64,000 nt of DNA from an uncultured cyanobacterium. GTDB lineage: Bacteria > Cyanobacteriota > Cyanobacteriia > Cyanobacteriales > Cyanobacteriaceae. Position 1 is the stretch's first letter; each line of letters starts with the position of its first letter. Both the position numbers and the translations under genes were made by a program. Shown here in pieces: positions 62,701 through 64,000 of this stretch. The stretch spans positions 800,001 through 864,000 of the forward strand of contig CAVQBA010000006.1 of NCBI GenBank assembly GCA_963710605.1, given 5' to 3'. Under the pieces are notes generated by a model that was not told the origin of the DNA, searched no databases, and saw only the letters and a program-made list of their open reading frames with translations.

Positions 62701-64000
62701 TAATGCCCCTGATGATGCAACGATCGATGCTGATACTGGACGTATAGCTTGGAATCCTCCTGATGTTGGTACTTATGACTTTGAAGTAGCCGTAAGCGAC
62801 GATCGAGGTGGAGAAACAACTCAAACCTTTACCGTTGAAGTTGTGACAGTCGGTGCGGATAACAACGCTCCTGAAATAACTTCTACTGCCCCTAATTCGG
62901 CTAGAAACAGCGATCGATTTACTTATCAAGTCACAGCAACTGATGCTGATAACAATAGTTTACTTTACTTATTAGATTCTGCTCCCGAAGGCGTAGCGAT
63001 CGACTCAGACACGGGTTTATTAACTTGGACTCCTACCGAAACTCAAATTGGCGAACAAACGATCGTCATTAAAGTTTTAGATGGTAATGGTGGCTCGGAT
63101 AGACAAACATTTGATGTCACTGTTGCTGAAAATCAAGCCCCTGTATTTAATACTAATCCCGTTTTAATTATTAACGCCGAAGAGTTATATCAATATGATG
63201 TCGATGCGATCGATCCAGAAGGCACTGATGTTACTTATAGTTTTGGTAATAGCGTACCAGCAGGTATGACGATCGACTCTGATACGGGGTTAATTGAATG
63301 GACACCGACTAGCGAACAAACAGGGCGTTTTCCTGTCACTATATTTGCGATCGACGCTGACAATCAAAGAGCGTTACAGTCATTTATTTTGAATTTAGGA
63401 GGAGATAATGGTGGTGGTTCTGGAGGCGGTACGGGTGGCTCTGGGGGCATTACTCCTACTGGTACGGGTACTGGTAATTTAACTCAAGATTCTCCCATCG
63501 TTAATTTTGGTTACAGTAATACTTTAGTCAATCCTGGTGAAGAGATTTCAATTCAAGTTCAAGCGATCGATGATGTAGCTATTACCAGTTTACAATTATT
63601 AGTCGATGATAATCCCGTAACCTTAACTCCTAATAGTTTAAATAATGGAGCAATTAACACCGCAACCTTACAATTTAGTCAACCAGGTGTTTATGAAGCT
63701 GTAGCTATCGCTGAAGATGGTGATGGTAACACTGGTAGTAAAACGATCGAACTTCGTGTATCAGATCCTAACGATACCGAAGCTCCTGAGATAGAATTAG
63801 ATACAAGTTTTATCGATCCTTTAAATCCTGTTATTACCGAAAAAACTGATATTATTGGTTCGATTAGTGATGATAATCTCCAATTTTATAAATTACAAAT
63901 TGCTCCTACTAGCTTAATTGACTTAAATAATTTAGGTGAAAACGATCCTGATTATATTACGATCGCTGAAGGTACAAATAATATTGATGGTGTGATTGGT
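53743..64000 (+). CDS. Giant (>3400 aa) surface/adhesin-like protein: EELGH domain, 2x DUF4114-like, Calx-beta, Ig-like, SdrD-B-like, vWA, PPC-like repeats, putative Ig (He_PIG) repeats; runs off window; +1 frameshift at ~56089 and in-frame TAA at 58424
   Basis: Track ORFs 53743-56103 and 56213-58426 plus a manually read continuation from 58427 that is in the same frame at 64000; WEDLLGGGDLDYND, TVDYATSDDTAIANQDY, APEITSTA...YTYQVTATDAD, DESGS...TEDG...VTDED. Confidence 0.88.

Noticed and set aside
48750-64000. Integrative island or prophage at tRNA-Gly
   Set aside because: No integrase, no phage structural genes and no duplicated tRNA 3' end found by eye within the window.

Overview
AT-rich cyanobacterial chromosomal segment. 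Evidence: cphB-cphA, psbX, ycf54, ycf66 and ycf20, very frequent CGATCG and heptamer tandem repeats; a Cyanobacterium/Geminocystis-like host is inferred. Housekeeping genes (argD, purN, pyrE, plsC, glgB, pdxJ, folB, sat, purK, tRNA-fMet, tRNA-Gly) are interleaved with five accessory elements. (i) Two type I restriction-modification loci; the second has four toxin-antitoxin-type pairs inside the operon and a fifth just after it. (ii) An intact IS605-type element (tnpA + tnpB). (iii) A family of ~106-108 bp TATAGC...GCTATA miniature elements; one inactivates a hicA toxin and one carries a second nested element. Related hairpin repeats are translated in frame inside HsdR. (iv) A chromosomal phage-T4-like RNA repair pair (Rnl1-type RNA ligase + PseT-type polynucleotide kinase/phosphatase). 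(v) The 5' 10 kb of a giant surface protein with nested domains: an Ig domain split by a beta-sandwich, split by a vWA domain, split by a circularly permuted array of 12 PPC-like repeats. Four reading-frame breaks, one of them in sat, suggest residual assembly errors. All calls come from manual reading and motif recognition; no searches were run.
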